DNA of 64,000 nt from Bacteroidota bacterium (GCA_029237825.1 JAQZBQ010000003.1:166001-230000), one strand, 5' to 3'. Shown: positions 39,401 through 48,116, numbered from the stretch's first letter. Numbers and translations are program-made. The notes: a model not told the origin generated them from the sequence alone.

Positions 39401-39535
39401 AAACTGTTTCCAACTTATTGGTTCAATATTTCAGTAATTTGGCTTATGAGTATTTCATTAATGGTAATGCTGTACTTCGATGTATTTAAAAAGATCCTGG
39501 ATTTCTTAGGCAACATCAGTTTTTCAAAAAAATAA
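36461..39535 (+). CDS. ABC-G-type transporter fusion: TerB-like N-domain, beta-rich linker, NBD, ABC-2 permease, coiled-coil tail with terminal TM
   Basis: Residues 1-145 look TerB/DjlA-N-like (MQMFAIIAKVDG...). The NBD has Walker A GGSGAGKST, signature SGGQRKRLNIG and Walker B LYVDEPTSGL. Six TM segments lie at about aa 575-780. The K/E/N-rich C-terminal ~240 aa end in one TM (WFNISVIWLMSISLMVMLYF). Confidence 0.85.
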   Translation: MSERILRALMQMFAIIAKVDGISNTGRSIVESFLKQQLNKEQVEKYLLIFDEYIEAQQAGSKKKDGSAKRTSLNSVKVLKICTQINQELEQPQKVIVLIRLLEFIYSSDEISEQENEFVVTVADTFNISIEEFNQLRAFVEDTAEKIPNTPNILVINNKENGYGNACKHIYCDTLTSDVRVIQIDSVGMYALRIYGNIELQLNGQGISKDRIHILTPGSSLRNSRVKPIYYSDIIGRFLADSSKARISFEAKNIEYKFKGGKLGLRNINIREESGKLIGIMGGSGAGKSTLLNVLNGVETPSSGQVLINGKNIHVEKKFVEGVIGHVTQDDLLIEELTVYQNLFYNAKLCFGNLSDEEIAKKCHALLADLGLSETKDLKVGSPLEKTISGGQRKRLNIGLELIREPSVLYVDEPTSGLSSRDSENIMDLLKELSLKGKLIFVVIHQPSSDIFKMFDKLQILDVGGYPIYYGNPVDAVSYFKTLVQHVNAEESECWNCGNVNPELIFNIIESKVLDEYGNLTHNRKTSPSEWNKSYVERIESTIGEINHQDEIPEAIFKIPNAFQQFKVFITRDVKSKLTNTQYLLINFIEAPLLAFILAYLIRFYNTDAENTKGYIYRENENMPAYMFMSVVVALFIGLTVSAEEIIRDRKIRKRESFLNLSKGSYLWSKIIIMFVLSAIQTLTFVIVGNSILDVNGMLTDYWMVLFTASCFANMLGLNISSAFNSAVTIYILIPFLIIPQLLLAGVVVKFDKLNPTLAKQGGVPMAGEVMASRWAFEALAVNQFKANKYQKNYYKFHKAISIASYKKVYWIPELQNKMTKIEGLMLKADLNKNDLDKDFTLLKNELLKEQAFLKNKYIFENIDKLNPKDYDHNIAVSLKNFLAKINEHYINYENKARKQEDEVTQKLIKQLGNDKFIALRDDYTNEALDQFMLNSNDLGDRCLEHDGRLIQRIDPIYLDPMESNLGAAHFYAPNKRFMGKLFPTYWFNISVIWLMSISLMVMLYFDVFKKILDFLGNISFSKK

Positions 39536-39592
39536 CTTGAAGTCACTCGTTTATGGACTTAAGCTCCTAAATATTTTTCTTTTTAACTAACT

Positions 39593-40447
39593 TTGTTTAA
39601 CAAAAACACCCCTAGGGTTGTTGTAAAAAACCTATCTTTGTCCGTCTTGAAAAAATTTTCAGTATACTTTATCATTTTCTGTACAATCGCTTTTATAAGC
39701 TGCGACGGTTATAACCGTTTATTGAAGAGTTCCAATTATGAATTAAAACTGGAAAGGGCTCAGGAATATTATAAAAAAGGGAATTATGTGAAAGCAACAG
39801 CCTTGTTTGAAGAGTTAATTCCTGTATACAAAGGTACCGACAAGGCCGAAGAGATTTATTATTACTTTTCGTACTGCAATTATTATCAGGGCGATTATGC
39901 ACTTTCCCAATACCATTTTAAGAACTATTACAGAAGTTTTCCAATGGGTAAACATGCAGAGGAATGTTTGTTTATGAACGCCTATTGTTATTACTTGAAT
40001 TCACCGGTGTATAAATTGGATCAAACCGATACCAAAAATGCGATGGCTGAACTTCAAAACTTTATTGATTTGTATCCTGAAAGTTCTAGAATTGACTCAT
40101 GCAACAAAATTAATGATGTTTTGAGGGGAAAACTGGAACAAAAGGAGCGTGACATTACAAATCAATACTATAATATTGGTGATTACAAAGCAGCCATTGC
40201 GTCCTGTATTAATTTTACCAAGGATTTTCCCGAGTCTCGCTTTATTGATGAAATCATGTACACTCAAATTAATTCATACTACCTTTTAGCGATTAATAGC
40301 CTGGAAACCAAAAAGGTAGAAAGATTAAATTTAGCTATGGAAAGTTATTTAAAATTAGTAGATTTGTATCCTAAAAGCAGTTATTTGCCCAAAGCAGAAT
40401 CTGTTTATGAGAGTTGTGTGAAAATAAAAAGTAATCTTAATCAATAG
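39593..40447 (+). CDS. bamD: outer membrane protein assembly factor BamD (TPR lipoprotein)
   Basis: Lipobox FISC, TPR-like repeats and the conserved Bacteroidetes position upstream of rpoZ-coaBC. The start is uncertain: TTG 39593, or TTG 39647 giving MKKFSVYFIIFCTIAFISC. Confidence 0.8.
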   Translation: MFNKNTPRVVVKNLSLSVLKKFSVYFIIFCTIAFISCDGYNRLLKSSNYELKLERAQEYYKKGNYVKATALFEELIPVYKGTDKAEEIYYYFSYCNYYQGDYALSQYHFKNYYRSFPMGKHAEECLFMNAYCYYLNSPVYKLDQTDTKNAMAELQNFIDLYPESSRIDSCNKINDVLRGKLEQKERDITNQYYNIGDYKAAIASCINFTKDFPESRFIDEIMYTQINSYYLLAINSLETKKVERLNLAMESYLKLVDLYPKSSYLPKAESVYESCVKIKSNLNQ

Positions 40448-40453
40448 TTAAAA

Positions 40454-40780
40454 ATGGATTTTAAAAAAACAAACGCAGAACCTAGTACTGTAACACGTGA
40501 TATTAGAAGGTTTGATGGCCCAACCGGGAATATTTATGAATCAATCTCTATTATATCAAAACGTGCTAATCAGATTAGTTCTGAGATGAAAGAAGAATTA
40601 TCTGCAAAATTAGCTGAGTTTGCCAGTCATTCCGATAACCTGGAGGAGATTTTTGAAAACCGTGAACAAATTGAAATTTCGAAATTTTACGAAAAATTAC
40701 CGAAACCGTCTTTAATCTCAATCAATGAGTTTTTAGAAGACAAAACCTATTACCGCAACCCAGCTAAAGAAGAAAAATAG
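40454..40780 (+). CDS. rpoZ: DNA-directed RNA polymerase subunit omega
   Basis: NIYESISIISKRANQI core of the Rpb6/omega fold, in the conserved position between bamD and coaBC. Confidence 0.7.
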   Translation: MDFKKTNAEPSTVTRDIRRFDGPTGNIYESISIISKRANQISSEMKEELSAKLAEFASHSDNLEEIFENREQIEISKFYEKLPKPSLISINEFLEDKTYYRNPAKEEK

Positions 40781-40803
40781 CATTCGTTTTCATTTTAAAT
40801 ATT

Positions 40804-40840
40804 AAACCCATCCACCATTTTGGCAGATGGGTTTTTAATT
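40804..40840 (+). terminator. intrinsic terminator after rpoZ
   Basis: AAACCCATC (40804-40812), a 13-nt loop, then GATGGGTTT (40826-40834) followed by TTAATTTTT. It overlaps the TTG-extended start of the coaBC ORF, which argues for the ATG at 40844. Confidence 0.65.
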
Positions 40841-40843
40841 TTT

Positions 40844-42049
40844 ATGTCATTAAAAAACAAACATATTCTTCTTGGAATTACTGGTGGAATTGCTGCCTAT
40901 AAATGTGCGCATTTAGTTCGTCTTTTTTTAAAAGAAGGCGCGCACGTTAAAATAGTAATGACTAAATCTGCGGAAGATTTTGTAACTGCTAAAACGCTTT
41001 CGGTTCTAAGTAAAAATGAAGTCGTTAGCGATTTTTTTGACAAAGATGATAACTGGAACAATCACGTTGCCCTTGCCGAGTGGGCCGATTCGGTAGTTAT
41101 TGCGCCGTTAACGGCTAATACACTTGGCAAATTTGCCCACGGATTATGTGATAATATAGTAACGGCGTGTTATTTATCGGCCAGAAACAAAGTTTTTGTT
41201 GCTCCCGCTATGGATCTCGATATGTACCAGCATCCTACAACCAAACATAATCTTGACTGCTTAAGGAAAAACGGGAATATCATAATACCCGCTGAAAATG
41301 GCGAATTAGCGAGCGGATTATCGGGTGAAGGACGTATGGCTGAACCTGAGACAATCATTGAATATGTTAAGCACTTTTTTATCAACGACCTTCCTTTAAG
41401 CGGCAGAAAGGTATTAGTTAACGCAGGGCCTACTTACGAGGCCATCGACCCTGTTCGCTTTGTTGGAAACCGTTCGTCGGGGAAAATGGGTGTTGCATTG
41501 GCAGATGAATTTGCAAAAGCCGGCGCTCAGGTCACGTTAATTTTAGGACCCTCTCATCAACGCCCGACAGAGAAATCAGTTACGATGATTGCCATCGAAA
41601 GTGCCGATGAAATGTTAACCCAATGTCTTAGTATTTTTGACGGAATAGATATTGCCATCCTCTCCGCTGCAGTTGCCGATTATAGACCTAAAGATGTTGC
41701 GACTTCTAAAATAAAAAAATCAGATGAATCGCTTATCCTGGAACTCGTTAAAACTACCGACATCCTTGCAACGCTGGGTAAAAAAAAGAAGAAACAACTG
41801 TTAGCTGGATTTGCATTAGAAACAGACCATGTGATTGAATATGCTAAAGAAAAAATAGCGAAAAAAAATCTGGATTTTATTGTAGCAAATTCTGCCAGCG
41901 AAGCAGGAAGCGGTTTCGCAGTGGACACCAATCGCATAACTATTATTGATAAACACAATAAATTGTATAATTTTGAGTTAAAAAACAAGCAGGAAGTGGC
42001 GAAAGACATCGTGCATTTTACTCTTAACTATTTAAAAACGCATGATTAA
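40844..42049 (+). CDS. coaBC: bifunctional phosphopantothenoylcysteine decarboxylase / phosphopantothenate-cysteine ligase
   Basis: N-terminal flavoprotein ILLGITGGIAAYK and PAMD/N motifs, with the C-terminal CoaB FVGNRSSGKMG motif. Confidence 0.9.
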   Translation: MSLKNKHILLGITGGIAAYKCAHLVRLFLKEGAHVKIVMTKSAEDFVTAKTLSVLSKNEVVSDFFDKDDNWNNHVALAEWADSVVIAPLTANTLGKFAHGLCDNIVTACYLSARNKVFVAPAMDLDMYQHPTTKHNLDCLRKNGNIIIPAENGELASGLSGEGRMAEPETIIEYVKHFFINDLPLSGRKVLVNAGPTYEAIDPVRFVGNRSSGKMGVALADEFAKAGAQVTLILGPSHQRPTEKSVTMIAIESADEMLTQCLSIFDGIDIAILSAAVADYRPKDVATSKIKKSDESLILELVKTTDILATLGKKKKKQLLAGFALETDHVIEYAKEKIAKKNLDFIVANSASEAGSGFAVDTNRITIIDKHNKLYNFELKNKQEVAKDIVHFTLNYLKTHD

Positions 42050-42941
42050 ATATATTTTTGTTTTTCTTTTATTTCTGAATTACAATTTCTTCATGGCACA
42101 GGAACTTAACTGCCAGGTCAGTGTGGTTTCTCCCCAAATCCAGGGAACAACAGAGAAGCAGATTTTTGAGCAATTACAAAAATCTATTTTTGAATTCATG
42201 AATAATACCAAATGGACAAAAGATAATTTTACGACCGCTGAAAGGATTGACTGCTCTATTCTTATTAACGTGACACAAAAAGCCGGTACAGACGATTATC
42301 GGGCAACCATTCAGATTCAAAGCCGCAGGCCTGTGTTCAAAAGCTCTTATTTTTCTCCAACGTTCAATTACATTGATGAGAATTTTGCGTTCAGATACCA
42401 ACAATTTCAACAACTTGAATTCAATCTTAATACCTTCTCAAACAACATTACATCGGTATTAGCATATTACGCGTACATCATTATCGCGCATGATTATGAT
42501 TCATTCTCGAACCTTGGGGGTACAGAGTATTTTCAGAAAGCCCAAACCATAGTATCCAACGCACAAAGCGCTGCAGAAAGTGGGTGGAAATCATTTGAAA
42601 GTAATAAAAACCGGTATTGGATTGCCGAAAATGCCTTGCAGCCAGTGTTTCAACCAATACGGGAATGTATGTATAAATACCACCGTTTAGGTTTAGATAT
42701 CATGAATGAAAAACCCGATGAAGGAAGAAAGGAAATATTAAAATCAACAGAATTATTACTTGGGGTTTACCGCAACAGACCGGCCTCTTTTATCATGGAA
42801 CTGTTTTTTGACGCTAAAACTGACGAATTGGTAAACATCTTTTCAAAAGGCTTTCCAGATGAAAAAGCAAAAATAGTTGAAACATTAACAACGGTTGACC
42901 CGGCTAATTCTACAAAATATTTCAAAATTCAGGGGAACTAA
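42042..42941 (+). CDS. DUF4835-like exported protein
   Basis: Signal peptide ...NFFMAQELN, ~300 aa, in the conserved Bacteroidetes position immediately after coaBC (8-nt overlap). Confidence 0.6.
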   Translation: MIKYIFVFLLFLNYNFFMAQELNCQVSVVSPQIQGTTEKQIFEQLQKSIFEFMNNTKWTKDNFTTAERIDCSILINVTQKAGTDDYRATIQIQSRRPVFKSSYFSPTFNYIDENFAFRYQQFQQLEFNLNTFSNNITSVLAYYAYIIIAHDYDSFSNLGGTEYFQKAQTIVSNAQSAAESGWKSFESNKNRYWIAENALQPVFQPIRECMYKYHRLGLDIMNEKPDEGRKEILKSTELLLGVYRNRPASFIMELFFDAKTDELVNIFSKGFPDEKAKIVETLTTVDPANSTKYFKIQGN

Positions 42942-42966
42942 TTTCTTTTATCTTCGCACTTATTCT

Positions 42967-43944
42967 ATGAAATCATTAATACTTACTCTTTCCATTTTTG
43001 CGCTTACCCTCACCAATTTTGCACAGGAAAAATCAGAGGCTATAAAGCTCGTTGAAAATTCGCTGGCTGTAAAAGATATTACGGTAGATTCTGCCAAGTT
43101 CTGGAAAATAGGCGGTGTAGTGTCGCTCAATGGCCAACAGGTTTCTTTAACTAACTGGTCGGCTGGAGGAAATAATTCTGTTTCACTTGCCGGATTAGTA
43201 AATGTGTTTGCTAAATACAAAAAAGGAAAAATAAATTGGGAAACCAATTTGGATTTGGGTTACGGGGTTATCAACCAGGGTGACGCTAAAAAATGGTGGA
43301 AGAATGACGATAAAATTCAGTTCTCAACCAAATTTGGCAGAGAATTGAAAAAACATTGGTACCTGGCTATGCTGGCTGATTTCCGCACACAATTCACAAA
43401 CGGATATAATTATCCGAACGATTCAGTCTATATATCAAAATTCATGGCACCTGCCTACGGACTGGCGGCTATAGGTTTCGACTATAAACCAAATGATAAT
43501 TTTTCTCTATTACTTTCTCCGGTAACCGGAAAATTTACCTATGTGATTGATGACAGCCTAGCAAAATATGGTGCCTTTGGCGTTCAAAAAGAAATCAGAG
43601 ATCCTAATGACGGCAGAATTACACAACGCTATTTAACACATCGCGAAGAATTTGGTGCCTATTTGAAAATGCAGTATCAGACAAAAGTGATGGAAAATGT
43701 TACGTTCCAAACGGTGCTTGAATTGTTTTCCAACTATTTTTATAACCCCGAAAACATTGATGTGAACTGGTCGACCCTTACGACCCTAAAAGTGAATAAA
43801 TACATTTCGGCGACCCTAACAACGCAATTAATTTATGACGATGATATCAAGGTGTTAAGAACTTCAGGTGATCAAAAAGGTACTGTAGGGCCTGACGTGC
43901 AATTTAAACAGGTACTTGGAGTTGGATTCTCATATAAATTCTAA
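42967..43944 (+). CDS. outer-membrane protein (DUF3078-like)
   Basis: Trimmed to ATG 42967 (MKSLILTLSIFALTLTNFAQE). Contains LNGQQVSLTNWSAGGNNS, with beta-strand-rich sequence ending GVGFSYKF. Confidence 0.55.
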   Translation: MKSLILTLSIFALTLTNFAQEKSEAIKLVENSLAVKDITVDSAKFWKIGGVVSLNGQQVSLTNWSAGGNNSVSLAGLVNVFAKYKKGKINWETNLDLGYGVINQGDAKKWWKNDDKIQFSTKFGRELKKHWYLAMLADFRTQFTNGYNYPNDSVYISKFMAPAYGLAAIGFDYKPNDNFSLLLSPVTGKFTYVIDDSLAKYGAFGVQKEIRDPNDGRITQRYLTHREEFGAYLKMQYQTKVMENVTFQTVLELFSNYFYNPENIDVNWSTLTTLKVNKYISATLTTQLIYDDDIKVLRTSGDQKGTVGPDVQFKQVLGVGFSYKF

Positions 43945-43962
43945 TCCTAAATAAGATTGGGT

Positions 43963-43992
43963 AAAAGAGGCCGCACTTGCGGCCTCTTTTAT
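43963..43992. terminator. bidirectional intrinsic terminator
   Basis: AAAGAGGCCGC-ACTT-GCGGCCTCTTT with flanking A and T runs, between convergent genes 42967..43944 (+) and 44001..45557 (-). Confidence 0.8.
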
Positions 43993-44000
43993 TTGATTAG

Positions 44001-45557
44001 TTATTTTGCTGACAGAGTTATGTAAGGAATGATCATCTCCTCCAAACTTACACCACCGTGCTGGAAAGTATTTTTATAATACTGTACATAATGATTGAAG
44101 TTGTTGGGATATGCGAAAAATTTATCTTCTCTCGCAAATATATAACGCGTGCTTACATTTTGTTTTGGTAAAAACGCATCCGCCGGATTTTTGATTTCAA
44201 ACACTTCTTTTGGATTATAATCAAGTGCCCTACCCTGCTTATATCGTAAATTGGTGTTCACGCTTTTATCACCCACCACTTTGGTAGGTTCTTTAACGTG
44301 AACCGTTCCATGATCGGTTGTAATAACCATTTTAGCTCCTTTGGAGGCGATGAATTTAATCATATCAAGCAGAGGAGAATGTTCAAACCACGACACTGTA
44401 AGGCTACGGTAAGCAGGTTCATCATCTGCCAGTTCACGAATCATTTCTAATTCAGTACGAGCGTGGCTGAGCATATCTACAAAATTATATACAATCACAT
44501 TGAGCTTATTGTTCATCAAATTACTCATATTCTCAGAAAGCTTTTTACCTGCAGCAAAATTGGTGATCTTGTTATAACTGGTTTTTATATCTTTCCCTAA
44601 GCGCTTTATTTGAGCATTTAAGAAATCTTCTTCATGCATGTTCTTTCCGCCTTCATCTTCATCGTTTTTCCACCAGTCGGGATGACGTTTTTCCATTTCA
44701 CTCGGCAACAATCCTGAAAACAACGCGTTTCTGGCATATTGTGTGGCAGACGGTAAAATACTAAAAAACAATTCTTCGCTATCTACTCTGAAATAATCCT
44801 GAATAATCGGTTGGATCATTTTCCATTGGTCATATCTTAAATTATCAATAACTACTAAAAAGGTGCAGGCATTGTTATCAAAATGACTAAAAAATTTATT
44901 TTTTAATAACGTATGACTCATTGTGGGTACATTGGTACTTGATCCATTAAGCCAGCTTATGTAATTTTTCTCAATGAATTTAAAGAATTGAAGGTTTGCA
45001 TCGGCTTTCTGCATTTTTAAAACTTCAAGCATTCCCTTGTCCTGATTTTTATCTATTTCCAATTCCCAATACACAATTTTTTTGAAAACTTCCTGCCATT
45101 CCTGCCAGTTAAGATTATCGGATAACGTCATGCCGATTTCACGAAATTCTTTACGGTATTCGGTATTGGTTTTTTCTGATACCAGGCGCTTGTTATCCAG
45201 CGTTTTTTTCAATGACAAGAGTATCTGATTAGGATTAACCGGCTTAATCAGGTAATCTGCAATTTTACTACCAATTGCATCTTCCATGATATATTCTTCT
45301 TCACTCTTCGTGATCATTATAACAGGCAGATCTGATTTTAACTGTTTAATTTTCGTTAACGCCTCCAGTCCGGAAATTCCAGGCATATTTTCGTCAAGAA
45401 GCACTGCTGATAAATCATTGGTTTCTTTTACGATATCTATGGCTTCATCTCCGCTTAACGCGGTTACAATTTCATAGCCTTTACTGTTTAAAAATAAAAT
45501 GTGTGGTTTTAGCAGATCAATCTCGTCATCCGCCCAAAGAATAGTTATTTTGTCCAT
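44001..45557 (-). CDS. porX: response regulator with PglZ/alkaline-phosphatase-superfamily output domain (PorX-like)
   Basis: REC domain (ILWADDEIDLLKP..., acceptor D in VLLDENMPG) fused to a ~380-aa PglZ-type domain. At 518 aa, the architecture matches the T9SS regulator PorX. Confidence 0.75.
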   Translation of the reverse strand: MDKITILWADDEIDLLKPHILFLNSKGYEIVTALSGDEAIDIVKETNDLSAVLLDENMPGISGLEALTKIKQLKSDLPVIMITKSEEEYIMEDAIGSKIADYLIKPVNPNQILLSLKKTLDNKRLVSEKTNTEYRKEFREIGMTLSDNLNWQEWQEVFKKIVYWELEIDKNQDKGMLEVLKMQKADANLQFFKFIEKNYISWLNGSSTNVPTMSHTLLKNKFFSHFDNNACTFLVVIDNLRYDQWKMIQPIIQDYFRVDSEELFFSILPSATQYARNALFSGLLPSEMEKRHPDWWKNDEDEGGKNMHEEDFLNAQIKRLGKDIKTSYNKITNFAAGKKLSENMSNLMNNKLNVIVYNFVDMLSHARTELEMIRELADDEPAYRSLTVSWFEHSPLLDMIKFIASKGAKMVITTDHGTVHVKEPTKVVGDKSVNTNLRYKQGRALDYNPKEVFEIKNPADAFLPKQNVSTRYIFAREDKFFAYPNNFNHYVQYYKNTFQHGGVSLEEMIIPYITLSAK

Positions 45558-45607
45558 AAACTGAGTTTCATTTAATACGTTCCGAATGGGTGTTTATTGT
45601 GGCAATA

Positions 45608-46306
45608 TTAACAATTAATTGCAGCAAAAGCATTACATGCAAATAACCCGGCAGTTTCAGTGCGTAACCTGCTTTTACCAAAAGTTACAGGTTGGAATCC
45701 CGCTGTTAATGCCATGGAAATTTCGTCCTTAGAAAAATCGCCTTCCGGCCCAATTAGCACTGTAAAACTTTGGCCAACTGTGATAAACTCCTTCAATATC
45801 CTTTTTTCCTCCTCGACACAATGTGCTATTAATTTTATTCCTGTTGATTCTTTTTTTAAAAATTCTTTGAAATCAATCAGCGGGTTTAAAACGGGAAGGT
45901 AAGCTTGCTGACTCTGTTTAACGGCTGCTTCTGCAACTTTCCGCAAACGCTCCTCCTTAACGATGGTGCGCTCAGAATTTTTACACCGAATTAAAGAAAT
46001 TTCGTCAATACCAATTTCAACTGCCTTTTCTACAAACCATTCCGTACGTTCTATATTCTTGGTGGGGGCAATTGCAATATGAAGGTGGTAGTTCCTGGAA
46101 GGTTTTATAAGTTCTTTTGAAACTAACGATACTGCACATTGTTTTGCGTGGGCCGCTTCTATTTTACCAACCGCCACTGTTCCGTTACCATCGATTACGC
46201 GAATTATGTCGCCAACTTTATGTCGCAACACCTTCACGCAATGCAGCGATTCGTCTTCATTCAGAATGGCAGACATGTTCTGTATAATTCCAAAAAATGT
46301 GTTCAT
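45608..46306 (-). CDS. rsmE: 16S rRNA (uracil1498-N3)-methyltransferase
   Basis: PUA-like N-terminus (HCVKVLRHKVGD) and SPOUT C-terminus (IGPEGDFS...LRTETA). Confidence 0.85.
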   Translation of the reverse strand: MNTFFGIIQNMSAILNEDESLHCVKVLRHKVGDIIRVIDGNGTVAVGKIEAAHAKQCAVSLVSKELIKPSRNYHLHIAIAPTKNIERTEWFVEKAVEIGIDEISLIRCKNSERTIVKEERLRKVAEAAVKQSQQAYLPVLNPLIDFKEFLKKESTGIKLIAHCVEEEKRILKEFITVGQSFTVLIGPEGDFSKDEISMALTAGFQPVTFGKSRLRTETAGLFACNAFAAINC

Positions 46307-46450
46307 CTTAGAACCAAATTAAAATTCGAATATACGCACGAATAGGGTAACAATATTATCTTCCCTAATCATAAGTTCACAAAAAATATATTTTTATTCG
46401 TCGTATCTTTACAACCCCGCTTCACTATAAATTGTAAACCAAAACCAGCC

Positions 46451-47041
46451 TTGAATTATTTAGCACATAGTTTTTTATCATACAATAAACCGGAACTTAT
46501 TATTGGTAACTTTATTGCGGATTCACTCCAGGGAAATCAGTTTGAGGGATTGACGGAAGGTATAGTACAAGGTGTTCGGTTGCATCGTAAAATTGACTCT
46601 TTTACAGATTCTCATCCAGTTTATTTAACCAGCAAACATAAGTTTAGGAAAGACTTTGACAAGTACAGCGGTGTGCTTATGGATATCATTTATGATCATT
46701 TTCTAGCGCGTAATTTTCATGAATATTCGGATAAAAATCTTCAGGATTATGCTAGCTACATTTACTACCTTTTAAAAGATCATTACCAATTCCTACCTGA
46801 AAATGCCAAACGCTTTTATGGTTATATGACCGAGCGAAACATTCTTTTCCATTATTCCACGCTTGATGGAATTGAATCGGTATTAACCCATTTAAGTCAC
46901 CGCATCCGGCACCGGTTTGAATTGCAACGAGCCATACCAATTTTAGAGAAGGAATATGATGTGATTCACGAAGAATTCCGTGTTTTCTTTGATGATCTTC
47001 AAGCGTTTTGCAAAATGCAGCCAGAACTTACCGGTGAATAA
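46451..47041 (+). CDS. acpH: acyl carrier protein phosphodiesterase
   Basis: It aligns from residue 1 with the AcpH N-terminus (xNYLAHSFLS...HRKIDSFTDSH...DHFLA). The start codon is TTG, with no in-frame ATG between it and the upstream stop at 46343. Confidence 0.85.
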   Translation: MNYLAHSFLSYNKPELIIGNFIADSLQGNQFEGLTEGIVQGVRLHRKIDSFTDSHPVYLTSKHKFRKDFDKYSGVLMDIIYDHFLARNFHEYSDKNLQDYASYIYYLLKDHYQFLPENAKRFYGYMTERNILFHYSTLDGIESVLTHLSHRIRHRFELQRAIPILEKEYDVIHEEFRVFFDDLQAFCKMQPELTGE

Positions 47042-47105
47042 ATTGCTGTTTTTTATTCATGCAAATTAGTACCTTTGCACCCAAATTTTCTTGAACCAAT
47101 CAATA

Positions 47106-48116
47106 ATGATTACAACTGATTTAGCAATAATTGGAGCCGGACCTGTAGGTTTATTTGCCATTTTTGAAGCAGGACTTTTAAAGATGCGTTGCCACTTGAT
47201 TGACTATTTGCCTCAGGCCGGAGGACAGTTATCGGAGATCTATCCAAAAAAACCTATATACGATATTCCAGGTTATCCCAGTGTGTTAGCTCAGGAACTG
47301 ATTGATAATTTATTAGAACAAGCAGAACCTTTTCATCCAACCTATACGTTTGGTGAACGCATAGAAACCCTTGAAAAGCGCGATGAGCGGGATTTTTTAT
47401 TGACTACCAATTTAGGCACCCAAATTCAGGCAAAGGTAGTTGTAATTGCCGGCGGATTAGGCTGTTTTGAGCCACGAAAACCAGAAGTATCAGGCTTGGC
47501 GCAATTTGAGAACGGGAAAGGCATCAACTATATGATTCTTGACCCCGAAAAATACCGTGGCCAACGAATGATCATAGCCGGTGGTGGTGATAGCGCATTG
47601 GATTGGGCGATTTATTTAAGTGAAGTGTGTTCTGAATTGACTTTGGTTCATAGAAGTGAATCCTTCCGTGGAGCTCCTGACAGCGTAAATAAAGTGATGA
47701 AACTTGCCGAAGAAGGGAAGATTAAACTATTTTTAAATACAAATTTACAAACGGTGAACGGTAAAGATCGTTTGGAAACCGTTTCCATGGTAAACACAAA
47801 AACCCATGAATTACAGGTGGTTCATACCGATCATCTTATTCCACTGTTTGGATTAAGCCCGAAACTGGGACCCATTGAAAACTTTGGATTAAACATTGAT
47901 AAGAGCGCTATCGTGGTAAACACAGACGATTATTCAACAAACATCGAAGGCATTTATGCTATTGGCGATATCAACACTTATAAAAATAAATTAAAACTGA
48001 TACTTTGTGGTTTCCATGAGGCTGCTCTCATGAGTCATAGCGCCTACAAATACATTAACCCAGGTGTGAAATATACGATGAAGTACACAACTGTACAGGG
48101 CGTAAATGAATTTTAA
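47106..48116 (+). CDS. thioredoxin-reductase-like ferredoxin-NADP+ reductase
   Basis: IIGAGPVGLFA and GGGDSALDWA dinucleotide motifs and ~335 aa. Trimmed to ATG 47106. TACCTTTG (47070-47077) upstream fits the TAnnTTTG -7 box. Confidence 0.85.
   Translation: MITTDLAIIGAGPVGLFAIFEAGLLKMRCHLIDYLPQAGGQLSEIYPKKPIYDIPGYPSVLAQELIDNLLEQAEPFHPTYTFGERIETLEKRDERDFLLTTNLGTQIQAKVVVIAGGLGCFEPRKPEVSGLAQFENGKGINYMILDPEKYRGQRMIIAGGGDSALDWAIYLSEVCSELTLVHRSESFRGAPDSVNKVMKLAEEGKIKLFLNTNLQTVNGKDRLETVSMVNTKTHELQVVHTDHLIPLFGLSPKLGPIENFGLNIDKSAIVVNTDDYSTNIEGIYAIGDINTYKNKLKLILCGFHEAALMSHSAYKYINPGVKYTMKYTTVQGVNEF

Noticed and set aside
33124-39535. Pif1-like helicase, two STAS-like proteins and the TerB-ABC fusion read as one defence island
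   Set aside because: The helicase matches the conserved housekeeping Bacteroidetes Pif1 architecture. The ABC gene is divergently transcribed from its own promoter region. No nuclease, methyltransferase, toxin or mobile-element gene accompanies them, and the composition is unremarkable. The components are reported separately instead.
44001-45557. PglZ domain as a hint of a BREX phage-defence system
   Set aside because: The PglZ domain is fused to a receiver domain in a 518-aa protein (PorX architecture). None of the BREX partners (PglX methyltransferase, BrxA/B/C, BrxL) is nearby.
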